A stretch of DNA of 64,000 nt from Microbotryum violaceum (GCA_001244265.2 CDLV01000007.1:1860001-1924000), one strand, 5' to 3'; positions 1 through 14,600 are shown, counted from the first letter of the stretch. Made by a program: numbers and translations. Notes: a model not told the origin generated them from the letters alone.

Positions 1-279
1 GAGCGATTTTTGGAGCATGTAGAATACATTTTGATACACAGTTTGATAATATTTCCGAGGTGCAGGTCAAATTTTGACATTTTGGGGCCAAAATAGGGTA
101 AAAACTTTGACAAAAAGGCCGAAAAGGGCGTTTTCCCACATTGCTTTCGGGGGTCCTGGCGGAGGGACGAGGCGGGCCGGCTGCTACAGGCTACTACAGG
201 GCCAGCGGGCGCTCATGCTCAGCTCGATCACCCGACTGCCGGCTCAACCGCTCCTCAACCCTAACCCCCTCAAAGCACG

Positions 280-1336
280 ATGGCCTCGTTCGTCAAATCC
301 GGGAAAAAGATTGTCGCAATCGGACGCAACTATGTCCAGCACGCCAAAGAACTCGGCAACTCGGTGCCCAAGCGCGAACCCATCATGTTCCTCAAGCCGA
401 CGTCGTCCTACACGACTCGCAATGAGGTACACCTGCCACGAGGGATCCTTGTTCATCATGAGGTCGAGCTTGGATTGGTCATGAAGGCTGGAAAGGACAT
501 CACCCAAGAAAATGCCCTCGATCACATTGCTGGGTTCGTCCGGACGGCCGGTGGTGCGAGCTCATGAAGGGGGGGGACTGATGTCTCCGAACTGGGTTTC
601 ATCGCCCCCAGGTATGCACTTGCTATCGACTATACCGGACGGAACATTCAAAACGAAGCTCAATCCAAAGGCCTCCCGTTCGTCCACGCTGTGCCAAACT
701 CCTCGCCAAGAGATCCGAGGAATCTGATATTTAGTCGCCATCTCCGTCTACAGGTGGTCAGCGGCCAAGGGTTTCGACGATGCATGCCCCATCGGCGAAT
801 TCATCCCCAAGTCAAAAATCAAGGACCCCCACGCCGTCAAGATCTGGCTAAAGGTGCGCGAGCATGTTTCCAGTCCATGTCTACGCAGAGTTACGCAGAA
901 TTTACTGACCCGAGGAGCTGACTTTCCAGATCAACAGCGAAACAAAGCAATCGGATTCGACCGAGTTGATGATCTACAAGATTCCTCGGCTGATCGAGCA
1001 CTGCTCCAGCATTATGAGCTTCGAGGATGGGGACTTGCTTTTGACAGGTGAGTCGATCCCGAATTCTCGCAGCTCTCGGCGTCCGAAGTCTTCGAGCTGA
1101 TCTTGCCACGACATGTCACAGGAACACCCGCCGGAGTTGGACCAGTGAAAGAAGGCGATGAGATCGAAGCTGGTACGTCACAGGTACCGAATGAGTGCTG
1201 CAGACTTGTAGCTTATTCCGAGTCCCCGACCCTTCGACCTCCAGGCCTGGTACAGGACGGAGAGCTCGTTTCCTCCATCAAGCATCTCGTCCGGACCCGC
1301 AAGGGAGGGTACCTCTTCAAGCCAGAAACCAAGTAG
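280..1336 (+). CDS. FAHD1: Fumarylacetoacetate hydrolase family protein (FAHD1/Fmp41-like), 6 predicted exons
   Basis: N-terminus KIVAIGRNYVQHAKELGN..P..FLKP..HHEVELG. Downstream exons read YALAID, W..AKGFD..CPI, GDLLLTGTPAGVG. GT-AG introns join the pieces and the stop is at 1334-1336. Confidence 0.9.
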
Positions 1337-1470
1337 ATAGACTGCTTCACCCTCTTAGAGAATTGTCAATAACGTTTGCAACGTAAGTCTCGATAAATTT
1401 GGATGTTCATAATGCAAATGGACCTCGGCCAGAAATCCTCCATGATCCATGAGGAAAATTATACACTTTT

Positions 1471-4400
1471 TTACAGCAAGTCCTTTGGCCGTTCACCTGT
1501 CGAATCTATCGACGATCTCCGATGCGCAAGTACGATGTCGTCCGCGGGTACTCTGATTGTCCGCCCATCGACCTCACTGACGACTTCGACCATCCCTTCG
1601 TTTGTCATGTGCGCTGACCGCGCCATGCCGTGGCCTAAAGGCTCGTCTGCGGACGTCGCCAAGTCGGCTTGAAGTCCTGGCGAGGCTGCCGGAGAGCTGA
1701 TGGAATCACGCGATGCTGCACGTGGTAGGGATGGTGGTCGACTAGTGGAGCTGGTCGGTGTCTTAGCGGTAACATCCTCTATCGGTGAGCTCGGAGAGGA
1801 TAAAGCGCCGAAGGCCGCGGACCCATCCTCGACAGTGTCCCGCCTCAGTAGTGCCCCTGGTCGAGGCGCGCCGAAAGTGGGTGCGATCGTAGCCGAGTTG
1901 GGCGCGTCGAGATCCGGATTGCCCGCCGCAGCATTTGATTCGACGCGTCGCCCTTCTTCACCAAAGTCGAAGTCGTCCAACGCGTCATCCATCGATGGCA
2001 AGGTGATGGAAGGCACCGAAGCATTCTCAAAGTCACCAAAGTCATCCTCGTCGTCGTCACCCGAAGGTACGGACGGCGAAGAGGCGAAGCTGTCGGTGAA
2101 CGAGTCGACGAAGGAAGACCCAAAGCCAGAAACGGCAGCGGCGACAGCGTAAGCGGATGAGGACGCGACAGTGGGCTTGAAGTCGTCTGAGAAGAGCTCG
2201 TTTCCTTTCGTCGTAGCACTAGACGGTGCATTGGAAGCCGGCTCACTCGTTGCGAATGCTCCCCATTCGCCTTCCTGCGTTAGAAGAAAGGGATGCCGAG
2301 TCAGTTCACATGGCTCAACACCTACACGAACTGGTACCAACACCACTCACATCATCACTGTCCTCCGTAGATGACCTAAATACCTGCTTGCCCGCCATCT
2401 CGAACCGATCATCGAACCCAAACTGCTTCGGCGGTCGTTCCAACTTGCCCAGAGCGAAATCGCGATCGCGCGGATCACCAGATGACCCAACCCACCCCGT
2501 CTCGTCGTCATCCTCATCCTCTTCATCCGAACTCCCGAATTTGTCCGGTCGATCACCGGCGATCGCGTTCGCGAGATACCGCGCAAACTTGTCGTGGGAA
2601 CTGGCATCGGCGATCTCGGCGTTCGCGGCCCTTTTGCTCTCGGCGCCGAACAAACCTCCTGCCAATTGCCCGTCCTCGGCGCCGGGTAATGGTCCATTCT
2701 TCGAATTTGCCTCTACCGCTCGCAGAGCTCGCACGGCATTCATGGGGAACTCGTCATCCTCATCGCTCAGAGCGCTTGTGACCGAGCTCGTGTCATGTAA
2801 GTGGTTCGCGACGCCTCCTCCTAAGGGTGACAGATCCCGATCCCTCGTTTCGCGCAAGGTCTTGGTGACGTATCGATCCCATGCCGGCTGCGGAATGTGG
2901 GGTTCGACAACAAGGTAGATTTCTTCCTGGTAGTGTTCGAACAGCTTGACGATCTCCTCTGCGATGAGAATCATGTGACCCATGTACCCCAATCGACGCT
3001 TGTGTGTTCGCTCGGACTGTTCATTCGCTTCGTGTCCCGCGAGGATGCGATCGATGAGCCGACCGTTGAGGAAGACCGAAAGCGCGAGTTGTCGATCCAG
3101 CCCTCGGTCAATGCGGCCGTGGAAAATTTGTTGGATCAGGTCGAAGGTGACGTTGTGGATGAGGTTGTTCCAATGGTACCCGAAGAACATGTCCTGTATT
3201 ATCAAGCAAACACACCGAGTGAGCTTTTCAATCTATAAGACAAATGGATGTAGGGGTGACTTACCAGCATTGTCTCAATGACATCGCTCTCCAGGAATGC
3301 GCGTTTGAGCATCGGACCCGGCGGCAGGTCTGGTCTGTGGGGTGTATACATCTCGGGCAAAGAAGCCACAGTTGGTGCCGAGGGCGTCCTCGCATCGTCC
3401 TCCCCGTCGCATCCCAGAGGTCGACCTCCTCTGGCAAGATGTTGATCATCAACCGAAAGTTCGTGTGGCGGTGCTCGCGTCTTCAGGTCAGAGTCCAAGC
3501 TGATAGTCGCGGTCGCCGCAGCCAGGTCGTCATCGTCCGTAGGATCACCAAACGGATCCTTCCCAGCATCTGCACCATTCTTGCCGCCCCCTCCGTTACA
3601 GGAGTCCAAATCATGATCATCATCGTCCGCTCCTCCCGTCGAGGCAATTAAATCGCGCAACTCGCGCGCCTCCTCCCGCGTCAAGATCCCTGACTCAGAG
3701 TCCAACGACCCCTGCACCGAAGGCGAGGACATCCCCGAAGCGGGCTGTCGTCGCGGTACAGTGATCGGGCTAGTCGAAATCGACGAGTGTCCACTCTTGT
3801 TGAAGCGGTAGTTCTCGTATTCGTAGTCCTCCTCGGGGGCGGTCGTCTGCAGCGCCTCAGCCAAATCATCAGCACCTTGCCACCCCTTGGCGAGATGCCC
3901 GTCCTTATCGTAAAGCTGTGCCGAGCCGACCGGTCGATTGAGCAAGCCCATGTTGGAGCAATGCAAAAGCTCGGCATAGAACTCGCAGACGCGGAAGCGC
4001 TCCAATGTCACGGGTTCAATAGGGCCTACGGTGGAGGCGATCGGCCCTTTGGCACTACGTGGCGATTTGACGAGGCGCTGCAGCCCGTGTATACGCTGCG
4101 AAACGGTCGTGAGCATCGCGCTCAAATCAACAACCGATGGTCCCTTGTCATCTCCATCAATTTGGTGGCTCGAACCATCGACGAATTCGGCCCCTTCTGC
4201 TTCCAGCATCTCACGTTCGATCTGCTCCGCTTCCTTCTTCCGCGCCCACGTGAGCATGTGCTGCTCGACAAAATCCGAGTTATTCTTCCGGATCAAATCG
4301 ACAAAGATGGCGATCGAAGCAATCAACGACGAGGTCCTCAAGTCGGCCGTCTTTTCCGGCGAGTCAGGCGAAAGTTCAACATCGCTCGACATCCGCGGTG

Positions 4401-5989
4401 TCGTTTCGACTTGCTCCTCAGGTTCATTGATAGCGGCCGTCATGAAGCTTTTGCGTTGTTGAAGTTGACCTACGGGCCGTTTCGAGTCATCGTTCGGCGG
4501 CAAGACCCAATCGAGCAAAGTTCGCACCGTCTTTTCTTCGGCGATTTGGCGCGTCAGCGAGTTGTCACCCCACACCAGTTCGATCTCCTGCTGCGCCTGC
4601 GGGTCCCCTGGTGCGTTCTGTGGCGGTTGCATAGCTGGCACGGCGCTACCGAGTTCGAGGCAGCCCCGCAAGAGTTCTTCGGCGGCGACATGTCCCTCTT
4701 TGCCGAGGGCAGCAAAAGGTTCGAGCAGCCGGATCGATTGCGGGACGACGGAGGAGAGTAAGGGTGATGGGGCTGTCGAGACGCGAATCAGAATGAGGAG
4801 CAAGTTGTTCAAGGGCGAGCAGTAAGGTAAGAGGGCGAGCAGGCGGGGTAAGAGATGAGGGATTGTCAAGATGTGGGCGAGGACCTGGAGTCGCAGAAAA
4901 AAATTTATTAGTACTTGGTTTTCTCTTGGTACCATAAACACATTCAATCCTCCTACCTCCTGTTTCCTGGGACCATTCAGCAGTGTCGCGTTGACACGAG
5001 TCCAATACCCGACCTGGGCGCTCCGTGTCTCGAGCTGTGTTTCGGTCGAGCCCAGCAGAGTTTCCCTGATTGAATGGGCAGACGGGCGTCAGCAGGTCGT
5101 AGCGGGGCTGCACAGGGGATCGGTTCTACGGACTGACCAGAAGGGCGTAAGAAAGGACGGTGCGTCGGGACATGTATGGGGTTCGGTCGACACGGCACTC
5201 GGGTTGAAGAGCGTGTCCGTCAAAGAGGGGTCTTCGGACGAGAGGATCTCGGTGCACAGCCTCGGGAACCTGGTGGGAGAGAAGCCGGGCAGTCAGGACA
5301 CGCTACTTTATTTTCACCAGCTGTTCTCATTGCCTGACTTACACTGTCCATTCCTTCTCCTGGTCCGTCTCTGGCTCACCACCCTCCAATATACCCATCT
5401 CATCCATGTCCCTCCGTCTCGGAATGCCGCCCATCCCAATCTTGATCAAGTCCTTATCATCGGCGTGCACGAAATCATCAGGCACTTTCCCATCCGGTAA
5501 ATCATCCGAGACCAGACCCCCATTAGGTACAGGATGCAACGTCGTCGCTCGCCCCAGTCCCCATACGACCCATCCACCCAATCGGAGCACGACGTCCTTG
5601 CGCGCGAGGAACGTCTGCAGCTTGGCGTTACCACCCGTCTTGAACTCAGACAGCAAGTCCGGTGATCCGAGCAAGGCGTCCAAGGTCTTGTCATAGATGG
5701 TTCGTTCGACGACTGCCACGGGACTGACTCCGGAAGCGGCGCCATTCGCCGTCGGTCGCCCCACACCTGCGCTCGAGACGGACCCGCTCCGAGTCGACGA
5801 CGCGCCCTGGCTCAGCGACGAGAAGGATGAGGCGGAATCAACCGAGTCCGAGTTACGATGGTTGGATGTGGTCGCATTTGAGGCCGAGGCAGCGGAGGCG
5901 GCGGGCGAGTCCGAGTCCGGTAGGCCGGCAAGGATCGACGCGATCGAGTCGACCGCGGGCGCGTTGAAGTTGAACTTCCAGAACGACAT
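1471..5989 (-). CDS. SIT4/PP6 phosphatase-associated protein (SAPS domain; Sap155/185/190, PPP6R-like), multi-exon
   Basis: Start MSFWKFNF. Motifs FPRLCTEIL, LIRKNNSDF, LERFRVCEFYAELLHCSNM, FFGYHWNNLIHNV..DLIQQIF and RLGYMGHMILIAEEIVKL lie across ORFs 5339-5989, 3202-4947, 2315-3205 and 1471-2346, separated by GT-AG introns. Acidic low-complexity tail. Confidence 0.88.
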
Positions 5990-6594
5990 GATCGCAGCTG
6001 CAGCTCACTCAAACGGCAAAGTTGTACAGTGGTGAACCTCAGGATCTTGACTGCGGAGGTTGGGGCTCGGCAGTCGGGATCAGGATCGTGCTTGGGTTGC
6101 GCTCGCGGTCGGGTGGCCCGAGGAATGGGGCGGTTCCGAGTTGCGGTCGGGTTGGTCGCACTGCGCAACTCCAAACTCGGAAACAACGTCGCGAAATCGA
6201 CGAAGAGAGAAGAGATACACCCGAGGCCAAATACGACGACCGGCGAGGGCGAGGGCGAGGGCGAACTCCGGGATGGCGGTGTGGTGTCGTCGCCCGCCTA
6301 TTATCACTGAGATAGACTGAGACTAACTGAGATGGGGGTCGTCACGGGAAGGGGGGCGGCGTCGTCGTCACACTGCGTCACCAGTTCGTCAGCGTAAGAA
6401 AACCAGCGCTTGGCCTGCGTAATGTAATGATTTTGGGGGAATCTCCACATTTGTCAGAGTGACTTGGAACATGAGAGACGACATCAATAAAATAATAACA
6501 CATCATCCACACTTTTGAAACGGATCCATTCACAGCTAATGCTACCTGCCCCTCCTCGTAGCGTAGCACCCCTCGGCCACTCAGCCGATCGATT

Positions 6595-9500
6595 CTAAAA
6601 TCCACTGACCCTTTTCTTGGCCTTCTTTTTCGCTTTCAGCCTCTCCTCCAAACTCAATCCACCCCCACCTGTCCCACTCCCCGCTCTCGTCCCAAAAGCC
6701 CCCGGAACAAACTGAGAAGCCGCCATCGTCCTCGGAGATGATGGGGGCCCTGCCCCGCCCGCACTCCGCGACAACGTCGGGGGTTGACTGGCTGAAAAAT
6801 CGCGTACGCTCACGGAGGATTCTTGTGACGAGTTCAATGGCTGAGATAGATCGTCCGTAATTTCAACCCTTCTTTTTGTCGGCGATCGCCGGGCGTTGTG
6901 TTGCGGTGGTGGTGCATGGATGACGATGGAAGGGGGGACAACTTGGGACGAGCTAAAGATCCTCGACCCGTAGGCTTCGTGAATACGTCGAGGATACGAC
7001 GATGAAGGTAACCCTGTTCTTCGCTGGGATTCCTCCTTCTCTTCTTCCCCCTTCTTTTTCGTATCCCTACCATCATCGACATACATGTCCTCCCATTGGT
7101 ACGACTTGGGGTCCGCACCCGTGTGCCACTCGGACAAAATCCTCCGAACTCCGTTCGACGCAAGAGAAGCACCCGCCCCATCTCCATCATCGGACGACTC
7201 TGATCTATGCTCCTCGTCGTAAATTCGGACGGAAGATCCCGCCCTAGCACTAGCGACGAGTCGACCCAATCGCTGAGGTTTGAAATATGCGAAGTGCAAC
7301 GAAGGTATATCCTCGTCCTCGGAGAGGCGCGCGGGCAGAGGTCGATTTATCAAGTCGAGTCGAGAGGGCGGGTCAGGGATGACCGGTCGATCAGAATATG
7401 CTCGATTTGAGAGAGCGAGATCGAGCGAAAGGTCAGGAGCATACGGCTCGTCGATCGAATTGGCTTGCCCGTAGCGGCTTCGGAGGGTCCGAGTGTAGGC
7501 TTCGACCGACGCCTCGGTCAACTCAGGTGGGCAGTCACATAGCCGGGCAAGTGCTACAGCCGAGCCTGGATTGCCGGAGTGAGCACCCAAAGTTTTCAAA
7601 AAGTGCTGGAACTCTGTTGGAAATCGATGCGACAGCGCTTCCTCCACTTGGGCGAGCTCGTCGTCGTCAAAATCAAGTCGTGCTCGCTTTGGTAGCGCGG
7701 GTCTCTCCATGGAAGTGACTTGATCAGACAGAATGTCGTAGCTGCAGTTGGCGAACGAACATATTAGCGAGTCTAATCATACGGCTCTTCTCTTCACCTA
7801 GACTCACAGCGTCTTCATCTGTTTCGCCCGTGGCGGCTCATCCTCATGACCCTCCGTGAGATCCGCAACTCGCATCGTCGACCTTCGCACCCTCCGATCG
7901 TTATCCAACATCCTAGCTAACCTACCGAAAGGCTTTATTTTTTTCCCTTCCACGACTGGGATCCCCGAGTCCTGCAAACGCTTGAATTTTTGTCCTGTTT
8001 GCCCCCAATCTACGTCCACCCGACCCTCCCGCAGTTTCTCCCCCACCAGGGCCCCACGTTCCCACAACCCACCCCCCATCTCAGATTCCAAAAACCTCCA
8101 ACCCCCTTCTTCGCCCGCAATCCCGATCCCACTCCTCGACCACCTCATCCCATCCTCCATCGTTACCACTGGTCCAGATATCGAATACGGGTCCAGAAGA
8201 CTAGTTACGACTCCACCTTTGATCTCGAGAGTGTAGACGTCGATCCCTGAATGAAGGCGAGAGGCGAGGCCGATGCGCCAAACATCTCCCGAATCCGTAT
8301 TGGCGCTCGAAAGGGTGCCTATCGTGAAAAGGTATAACGTCCGATCGTACCCTTTTCCCATTGGACCAACTCGAGGCATAGGGAAAGACAGGATCGGACG
8401 GAGAGGGAAGCGAGCGTCGAGGATCGTGAGGGGTGACGAAGGGGTCGAGATGGCCGCATAGGGCGTTGAGGGGCGGGTGAGGAGGGAGGTGATGCATGAA
8501 TCGACGTTACTTGATGCGGGGGAGGTGAAGATGACGAGAGATGAGGTTGGGGACTGTAGCTTCAAGAGTGTCAGTACTTTTGCGCGACTTCCGACTGCTT
8601 CTGATCCCATTCCCACCTACCCTGAGATCATACAAAGTGACCTCGCGCTGACTCGCGACGATCAATTCTCTCTCATCCCTTCCCCACCCAAGCCTTCTGA
8701 ACTTGCCTTGCTTGGCATCCCCTTTCCTCAACCTATACATCTCCGGTGCTTTCCCTTTCCAATCCCCATTCGGATCGCCTATCCGATCTGACCCTCGCAC
8801 CCCGATGCCAAAACTAAAGACCGATCCGTCGGTGTCGATCAAGGCACCTGAGCCGAGTTGATGCGGGGACAGAGAGAAGGAAGTGATGGGTCGACGGAAG
8901 AAGGAGGTGGAGGTATAGGTGAATGAGTTGAGGATCTGAGGCTTCGATGTGCTGTAGTTTGATGAGGGATGCACAGCCAGGTGGGTCAATGTGAAGTCGG
9001 TTATCGTCCGCGTTGCGAGTAGAGCGGTAGAAGGGATGGGAAGAGGCGAAAGCTCCATCTGGACGATGGGTGTAGAACATGGTGTCTCAAGCAGAGGTTC
9101 ACCACACGGTGAAATGGGGGTCGTTGGTATTGTAGATGAGTCTTCAGCGCATACTGCCGGGGAGAGAAAAGTCTGCGCCCATCCGATCGAGGTAGTCCTA
9201 CCGCCTTCGGCCGACGTAGCTGTGCTCGTACTTGTGCGCCAAGCGGCACAAACTGAAGAGGTGCCATCGTGATGTGTGATTGATGTCGAAGCTAGACAGT
9301 TGCCGAGATTGGGGTTCAAAGATTTGTCGGCCTCGGAGCGTCGCTCGTTGATCATCGCCGAGAGCAAGATTGAAGGATGACAAGGGGGGCTCGAGCGGAG
9401 AATAGACTGGTTAGAAGGATCAAAAGGAGCTCATAATCAGATACGCTTCCATCTTGAGCATCTGCTTTGCGGCTACGACCTACAAATTGCCGAAAGAGCT

Positions 9501-10100
9501 CGACCCTGCTCGCCGCAGCCAATCTATCGCCTTGAATCTCGATCGCCTCGGCTTCGTCGCACGCGACGGCGATCGACCTGCAGCGTCGTATCGGTGGTCT
9601 GGAAGGATTGGGCCGGATGCGCAAGTCTGAACAAACGAAGAGGATCAGCAACTCGACCGCTTTTGCTCAAAAGGGCCGGCTCGGGTACCGTAGCCCACCT
9701 TGTCGCTGCTGAACCGCTTGAACCCATTTGAATCCTAGCACCCGTCGCTCATCATCCTCGTCCTCGTCGTCGATCTGAAGCTCCAATCTGGCCGCCCCAA
9801 AGGCTCCTGGAGTCAACTTGAGGTGGTGCGACCATGTCTCGTTGTATGGGTTCCGGTAGTCATGGTCACCTCCGCTTCGTGGGGTTGGAGGGGGCGGTGG
9901 GTAGTAGCACGTGATCGACGAGCGCCTACACGACGTGCATGGGTATTGTCCGTCGCAAGTGGATCGTTGGGGCTTTGACGTCGTTGAAATTTGTTCGGAA
10001 CCTGTATAACGTAAAGAAGATCACCAGCTCAGCTTTGGCCTTCACCGCCAATACGCGGGGACTGCATCGCAACTGACAAGCGAGGCAAGCGACGGTGCTC
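6595..10100 (-). CDS. Multi-exon protein, probably RNA polymerase I core factor subunit Rrn6/TAF1C-like; 5' boundary approximate
   Basis: Colinear ORFs 8507-9367, 7804-8616 and 6595-7710 joined by introns. N-terminal TPGAFGAARL, beta-propeller-like middle (TILDARFPLRPILSF), C-terminal RRILSEWHTGADPKSYQW, SSQ/SQP-rich tail ending KKKAKKRVSGF. Family call is from motif recognition only. Confidence 0.55.
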
Positions 10101-10543
10101 ATACTCGTCGAGTCGGAGCACACAGGGTGGAGAAGGGAGAGGGCGGGGGGGGGGTCCAAGCCCCCCAGATGGAGCGTTGGGCGAAGGTAAAGCGAACGCG
10201 TTGAGATCGGGGAGAACAAAAGTGGATGATAGGAGTGCAGAGCCAAGCCGAGCCGAGCGACCGATCAAGCTCGGGCTTAGGCTGGGTTAGACTGGCTCAG
10301 GCTACGATATTCGATATTCGATCACGAAACACATGTCTCTGACTAACCACCCACACCCTCGCGCAAGCGCTCGGGCGTATTGAAAATCGCGCCGGCCCGG
10401 CTGCGAAGTGCGGCGCGGGCGCAGGGCAGGCTACGTCTCGGGCTTCGACACCCTACTCCCGCCCAAACCCTCGAGCAGTGATCGCAAGTTCTGTGAGCTC
10501 AACTCCTTACCGTCTATACCTACACACTCAACAACACTCTAAG

Positions 10544-11208
10544 ATGGCCAGTACCGCGTCCTTGCTTCCCACTGACTATGCAACTCTCGGCTCATTTTCA
10601 TTCCCGCCCTTCTCCTCCGCACACATACTCTTTACCTTCTTTTCCACTGTGCAGGCCGAAGTCAACCCCAAAGCTTTCCCCTTGGCCGATGCCGCCCTCA
10701 CTAGCCAGATCTTGGACTTGATTCAGCAAGCCAGCCACTACAAGCAGGTCAGCCCGCATACTCGCAGCGAAACGAGCGACGGCGCACATCTTCCCCTACC
10801 AAGGCATAGACAAGACTGACCATAAACATGAAATCTCACAGCTCAAGAAGGGAGCTAACGAAGCTACCAAGACCTTGAACCGCGGAATCGCGCAAATCAT
10901 CGTCATGACCGCCGACACGGAGCCGATCGAGATCCTGTTGCATCTCCCCCTCTTGTGCGAGGACAAGAACGTGCCGTACGTCTTTGTTCCCTCCAAGACG
11001 GCATTGGGTCGCGCGTGCGGTGTCTCGAGGCCCGTCATCGCTTGCTCCGTCACGACCAACGAAGCGAGGGAGTTGCAAGGCCAGATCGATACCATCCGAG
11101 TCAGTCCGAGCGGGGCCCTCTGAAGCATCTGTTGTCTGGTCAGCCGAATGCTAACCATCCTCTTTCATTCTTTGTCCACAGAACCAAATTGAGCGTCTCC
11201 TCATCTAA
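10544..11208 (+). CDS. SNU13: Snu13/15.5K K-turn-binding snRNP/snoRNP protein (L7Ae family), 4 exons
   Basis: [29 protein letters not shown] | [71 protein letters not shown]...IR | NQIERLLI*. Introns about 10748-10841 and 11100-11181; the first intron has ambiguous boundaries. Confidence 0.96.
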
Positions 11209-11640
11209 GTGGTGAAGCTTCATTTTCGGACGGTGGCCGACCTTATCAAATGCTGGGAAAAAGGTTGCAGACAGAGCGCCAGCTGTCCGCATGACTTGGT
11301 TCTTGGTGATGCAATCGATATACAGGAGACCTTGATTGGTTCATCCTCATAATCCCTTGATTCTGGGCCTTTGCAAGATCTTTTGCATACAAGTCGGAAT
11401 TGGGAGATTGAATGGGCAGGGGGATAACTCCGAGCAACTTTCGAGAGTTCCACTCTAATCAAATTCACAGCACCTTGCTTTACCACTATAATGCGAGTGC
11501 ACGACCATGCATCATGATGCAGACCCATGCACCCGCACCCCCTAACCTACGCTAACCTACGCTAGGCAACACTAAACTACACTAGCCATTCGACTTCGGG
11601 ACCTGTTCCGGACGGGCAGCCAAGGCCACACGAGGTCGTA

Positions 11641-14600
11641 CACATGCGCGCGCGAACGAACTTTATGGATTTCCTGTGGCAGGACCCGCCGTATGTCTTC
11701 TCTACGGAGGTGTTGCAATTTAGGTAAGGCGGTTTTATAGAGCTCCTGTAAGAGCAAAGCTTTTTTATGGCTGCCTTAGGGGGTCGTTCTAGTATCCGTA
11801 TGGACATTAGGTTATCAGGTCCATAGGGGCGCCGGTTTGCGGTGACCCTACGCGTGCGGTACAGCTAGCGTAAAAACGGCCTTTGCGGCCGCGGTAAAGA
11901 TTCAACCCTTATTGCATTCGGCAATGAGACGTAAGTGAGCACTAAAGTGCACAAGAGACGGGATCGATAATGTTTTACGTGTACGGAACCTGGAGGTAGG
12001 CCGTATGGGTTTATTCCACCTGGTGTATGGTAGCATTAGTTTTGTCCCGATAGGGAAATTGCGTGTCACTGCATCCGAAAAGTGGCACGTGACGTCGCGA
12101 GCGGTCGCTGTTCCGAGCCATATCGATGCAGAGAGTGTATCCCACGGTCGCTGAAACATTTCAGGGCTCGCGCTTTATAGAGTCCAAAGTCCATTTGTAC
12201 CAGCTGAGGCAGCGAGTAATCAATAGCGAGTCAGTGCCATAAGTCGAGACTGCACCCTCACGCGGCCAGCTGAAGTCTGCTCAGCAGGCTGGCGTGCGCC
12301 GGTGAGAGTCTCGGAGCAGAGGTCTGAGATCTGAGATCCCCAGCGCTCAGAGCGCTGAGCGCGCGAGGACCCGACTGAGAAGCATGGGGGCCCCACCCTC
12401 TCTCCCTCGCCCCGCCCCAGAATAAGTGGACAACCACTTTGCCCACAAACGGGACAGCCACGTCATGTCTCCTCGAACAAAGGCGTCCGAAGATGTTCTC
12501 GACCGTGGTGGGTATTGTTTGAGGCGCAGTTTCAGTGTTCAGATCGTCCAGCGTCCCGAGTGCGTCCTTTTGCGTCCCGCCCTCGGTCAGACCGCGCGAG
12601 ACGTGGCGCTGACCTTGGCTCCCGGCCACCACATGTCGCCAAGCAGGAGCAGCCCTGTGTTACCATCATCGCCGACATGGCTCGCCCTGACCCGCTTCAT
12701 GCGTCGACTCCATGACCCGCTCACTCCACTGCTCCTTCAGGTTCGAGCTTGATCGGGCGCGTCACGCTCGGGCGTCAGACCACACCGCCAAACCCTTGAC
12801 GTCCACGACTGCTGCGTCGAGGGTCGTCGTGTCGCCAGGCCCCGCCGACGACCCTCATTCGGGACCCACCCACCTCCATTTGCCCAAGGCGCTTCACGAG
12901 TCACAGGTATGTGCTGCAACTCACCGCTGCCGACGCGACGTCGGCCCAGCCTCAGCTACTGCGGTCCCTAGATGCCGCATGTGCAGTCATTGACTAGTGA
13001 CGAACGACACGACCATCCGGCGTCGACAACTGCGGCGCTTGCCACCTTGGATTCTCACGTAAGGCTTGGGAGGAGAAGCAGACACTCATCTTTCGCCGGG
13101 TTCGAGCTGATGCATGGCACTCCCACGTCTGTCCAATCCGCAGAGCTCGACGACGTCAGCTAAATCGCATCAAGCCCCAACCACACCTCGCCGCAACGAC
13201 AAGCGACCAGCCCGAGTGAGTACTGAACCTGCTTGTCCGGCTTCCGCGTCACCCTAGCTTAAACCAACTCCAAAATTTCACCACCCTGAAGTCCGAATCA
13301 AAGGCCGAAGTCCAGGACGCTTTCTTCGTTCGTGCCCGCGTCCCGCGTCCCCTGGTCGAGGAGTTATGGGTGCTGATAAGGTATCGTTGCCAATCTGGAC
13401 AGCTAACTGACGGCGATGACGACGACGACGACGACGACGGTGACGTGGGCGATGGGCGACAAGCCGCGCAAGCGTCAGCGCACCGATATGTCCTTGGCTG
13501 TTTCGGACACTGGGGGAACAGAGGACAAGACTTTCGAAGTACGTTGCACCCCTGCAATGACGTCAGCCGAAACATCCTGGTGACACGCTGACCACCGCGC
13601 ATAACCCAACCAGGTCATGCATTCTAAACCCCAGTACTCTACGCCATATTTCGACGGCCCGAGCAACGTGAGCTGGTGCAGATGCGCCCCCGCGTCGTGC
13701 CCCACTCCGCTGACTGCACTCACCACAAACACCCACAGCCTCCGGACGCGCAAGGTGGCCCAGATGGCCTGTCTGTCCTTGCCGCGACAATCAGCGCTCG
13801 ATTGGATCATTTGGAAGCTCAGCTTGCCCCACTGATTAACGTGCTCCCCCGACTGATCGACGTGCTCACCGCTCCCTCTCTGGACCACATCAAGGTTGGT
13901 GGATGTTCTTTCGGTCTCGCCCATAAGCTCCTACTCATCAAGCTGTGTTTATGACTGTGCCAGTCCGATGTGGGGTCAGCTGCCGAGATCTTCGTCTCCA
14001 CGCAATTCCTCTGCAAGCACCACGGTGCTGCTCCTATGTTCGTGGTAGGTGAACTATGTTCTCGCGTGCTGTGCTGGGCTGTTCACTGACTCAGGCTGCA
14101 CCAATTGTAGGCTGCTCTACGCAAGGACGGGTTGGTATCAGAAAGCGACGTCAAGCATCGAGCTTTCTACAAGGCTCTAATGCGCCACCTTCCGAGTGCG
14201 CTAATGCAAGGCCGATCTGAACTCGAAGATCATGTAAGCGGCGTGGTGTCCACGTCCGGGCCTGCCTATTGACATCAGCCTTGCACGCCGCTGCGCCACG
14301 CCTTCTGACCGTCGGCTCGCGCTCAGATTAAGCGCGCCCAGAGCGACTCTTTAGTGTTGGGAACAACAATGAAGTCGTGGTACAAAAACCTCGAAGTCAC
14401 AATCACTGACGAGCATATGTGCTGGTGGCGCGTGTTGGTACGTGTTTGGGTGACACGCCCTCAACCCTAGATTTCAGCTTAACCCCTCACTTTTGCTTCA
14501 TATCTCAGTGGCAAGCCGTCAAGCAGCCCGACCGCAAAGCAGCGGTCGAGGCCGATCTTACGGGGAATGAATCTCACAAAACGGCCAACGTGCCCGGGTC

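Noticed and set aside
1-140. AT-richer segment that might be a transposon end
   Set aside because: Truncated by the window edge, with no partner repeat or TSD visible.
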